From assembly GCA_963693365.1 (NCBI GenBank), contig CAVNZM010000010.1:6015794-6079793 (forward strand): DNA of 64,000 bases. Direction: 5' to 3'. How positions within the stretch are numbered: position 1 is the stretch's first letter; each line of letters opens with the position of its first letter. The translations under genes and the position numbers were made by a program. The notes beneath the pieces are model-generated. The model was not told where the DNA came from and searched no databases. It worked only from the letters and a program-made list of their open reading frames with translations. Below are positions 60,801 through 64,000 of the stretch, one piece after another. Source of the DNA: Amoebidium appalachense (lineage: Eukaryota > Protista > Ichthyosporea).

Positions 60801-62158
60801 GGAAGAGAGAGGGGACGAAAAACAAATCGCCAAACCAGAGCAAATTGCCTCCTACACCACCTTCCTGCAGCTAGCCTGTGTGTGTATTTGTACCAGAACC
60901 GCCAACAGGTGATTTGGGGTGGGAGGGAAAGGAATAGGACATGTTTATTAGAATGAGATGACGGGGGGAGGGGGTGGGGGGAGGGTGGGGGGGCTAGATA
61001 GACAGCAACAGTGTCTCCTTTTTTTTGCACATGGCATGCAGAAATAATAAACCTTGCGCATGTATGAGCTGCATGCCATTGGGCTGATGCACGTGACCAG
61101 ATGCAGACACCACTGTGCAGACCTGAATGGTGTCCACAGCAATAAGTGATCGGTGGAAACGGCGTGGGTCTGTGTTTCAGCGGCTTTGTAGGGGGTGACC
61201 ATTTGCTCACATCTGACTGCCTCAGAGAAGCATCGACGACGACCGGCTGGATGCAGAAGTCAAGCTGCAATCGATTGGGCCATTGCATGCAGGTCACCCA
61301 CCTGATTTGGGATTGTGACCCCAATGTGTTGCTACGAATTAGCACATGCTGGATTGTGGGACGGACATGGTGGAACACCCAGTCAGACACCCTAGGGATC
61401 GGACCATCCCTCTTCTCCCCTCCTCCTCGGTTGAAATGAGGACGAGGAGCAGGACATTTCCACGAACAGCTTTGTCCCCCCCCCCCCCCCCCACCCCCTC
61501 CCCCACCCCCCTCCCCCACCCCCCCCGGCTCCCGCCCTTTCCCCCACCCCCTCACCCCCTCCCTCTTTGCTACGTGTGTGTGTAGATGTAGATTTGAAGG
61601 TTATACCTGTAGGTGTATGGGTGGCTGTAAGGAGCGGTGGTAAGCAAACCCACGCACGCCTGTGTGGTGTGTGTAAGGTATGTGTGTGTCCATACAACGT
61701 GTGAATGTGTGTGTTTGTGTGGTTGCTGCTGTTGACTTCAATTGCGCAAGTGCAAAGGGCCACGTTGGTTGTGTACTGATTGATGCCTTTTTAGGTTTGA
61801 ACGTTAACGTTAGTAGCAGCGTTGACTCATGATATGGCCTACACATTTGTTGGCGTTGCAACAATATAAAAGTTACTGGTGCATCAACTACTTTGGCCTT
61901 TAGGCGACCACGCCACATTCCCCTATACTTTTAACTGGTGCCTTGTATTGGCTTGTATTAATACTCCCATTGCTGTGAGCAGTGGGCTGCCATATCAGAC
62001 ATCCTTTCAATCCTAACCGACATGGATACAAAGCATCATGATTCCTTTGGCAAACTCACTTGTTGTGCCTATAGCTAATCCTCAAGATCCGCTTTTGTAA
62101 CCAACCCCCTCCCAACAAACTTCCGGCACTTTCACCATCATTCACGATTCCTTCCCAG

Positions 62159-62201
<43 letters not shown>

Positions 62202-63304
62202 ACAAACACACACACACACGCACACGCACACACCACCACCACCACCAATACCACCACCACCACCCCCCATTCACCCACGCGCCCCGCCCGTCAGACTACC
62301 CACCCACGGGCCCCTCAGAAAGTTTCAGATATAGACCCAATAATTTTTAAAGAATGGAAGTCTTAAATCTAGATATCATTCAACACTCCATTATACCCCA
62401 TACCCCACCCAGCTGCCATTCATTTGGCTCTCTCTCTCTCGCTCGCTCTCTCTCTCCCTCGTAAGGTTAGCAGGAGGTTCCTCGTTTCGAATCCCCCCTC
62501 CCTCCCCCTCCCCCCATTCCTTTTTCCTAGTAGCCTCATGTGTGCACTCATTAGCAACCTCCCCCTTCTCTCCCCTCAGAGTCCTGCATGTGTGCAGTTA
62601 TTCTGCTGTGTAGTTACTATTGTGATTTACCGACGTCGACCTCTCACATAAACCCTTTAGGACGAATGGTGACTCACTAAAATGCATGCATAATGCACCC
62701 GAGTTACTGCACCATAATATACTGCGCGCGCGCGCGTGTGTAGACTAAGTGTGTGGGTGTGTGGGTGGTGGTGGCCGGGGGGGGGGGGGGGGGGGGGAGG
62801 GGGGGGGAGGAGGGAGGGGGAGGGGGGAGGGGGAGGGGGGAGGGGGGAGGGGGAAGGGGGAAGTGGGGGGGGGGGGGGGGGGGGGAGCTAAGAGCCGTTT
62901 CGTGTATCTCACGAAAGCGTGAACAATCACTGTGACCCAAGAGAGTGTTATATGGGTCGAGCACACACAAAGTCTGGCTCTAAAACCAGATAGTTGTCGC
63001 TGGCAAACTGCTTTCTTACTACCTTTTACAGTTACCCCCTATGCAAGTGATAAACAAACAGCATTTAAAAAAAACAATTTAACCTTTATGGCGGTGTGTT
63101 GCATGGCACTGTCGATCATGAAGGCATTAGTTGGGTACAGAGATTTTTCCCGAGGAAAATGGGTCTCAGCAAACACATCCCAGATGTCCCATATCTGATA
63201 TGATATGCGAAGCTATTCAAGATACTGCACAAACAGACAGCTTCTTTTTTCCTTTTTTTCTTTTTTTCTTTTTCTTTGGTGTGTGTCTGTGTGGGTGGGT
63301 GGAA

Positions 63305-63346
<42 letters not shown>

Positions 63347-64000
63347 TTCGAGATAACACACGTGCACCGTAAAGGTTTGCTATATTCAATGCGCAACCTG
63401 GCGCTGCTCGGAAACATTAGATACTCTGGATATTACATGTCTTTAATCATGGTGACTTAAGGGGCAGGTGAGACACATGACCTATACAGCTCTGTGCACG
63501 AAAATTACATCGGGAGGGGGTAACGAAGTTGAATTTACATTATCAAACAGGGGAACCATGCAATGTGTAGATTTCTTGTGTGTACTGGGGGTGCCCAGGG
63601 GAGGGGGTGGGAGGGGGGGGGGGGGGATGTTGGCGGAGAAGGGCAGATGGCGCCAGTGGGGGGAATTTGCATGGGGAGGCAAGCCCCCCCTCCCCCCCCC
63701 CCCCCCCTCCCCCTCGAACCACCACGTGCACCACCACCACCACCACCCTCAACCCCAGCCCGGGGTGCCCCACCACCGTCCCGCTCTCCTCCTCAGGCTG
63801 ACCTAAGAATATCTCAGTCTGTGACCTGGCAAGCGTATACAATGCCTCCACTGTTAGTGTTCGAGCATATCGGGTCTTTGTCGGCCTTTCTCGGCAGAAT
63901 GTTGAGTAAAATCGAGTGCACACTGACTGGTTTCCTCCATTTATCGGCTGCGGAGTATCCATCTTATGAAATCACGTGGCCCATATTACTAAGAAGAAGT

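Noticed and set aside
61080-61420. Exon-like GC-balanced segment
   Set aside because: No frame gives a recognisable protein and no consistent splice partners were found

Overview
Eukaryotic, intron-dense DNA whose introns are packed with poly-C/poly-G, (CA)n/(TG)n and CnAn tracts. A unicellular holozoan such as an ichthyosporean is plausible, but this is inference only. Nearly all listed six-frame ORFs are low-complexity artefacts. Manual splicing gives four main blocks. (1) The 3' part of a giant VPS13 gene (+, about 50 exons, 235-31410). (2) A probably pseudogenised F-box/LRR gene (-, 34520-36310). (3) A roughly 6.5-kb transposon island containing a PIF/Harbinger-type MITE with TTA target duplications and nested hairpins, a truncated LINE RT, two inverted LTR copies, and Ty3/Gypsy gag-protease (+) and RT (-) remnants. 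(4) RNA polymerase III subunit RPC4 (-, 45238-52739) head-to-head with a six-exon lysyl oxidase gene (+, 53847-57101). The window ends in a degenerate tandem duplication. The least explained signal is the positional, strand-biased repeat grammar of the introns: C-runs just after donors, (CA)n in place of the polypyrimidine tract, and complementary G/C or TG/CA tracts able to fold back. Exon boundaries were read by eye and no database search was run.
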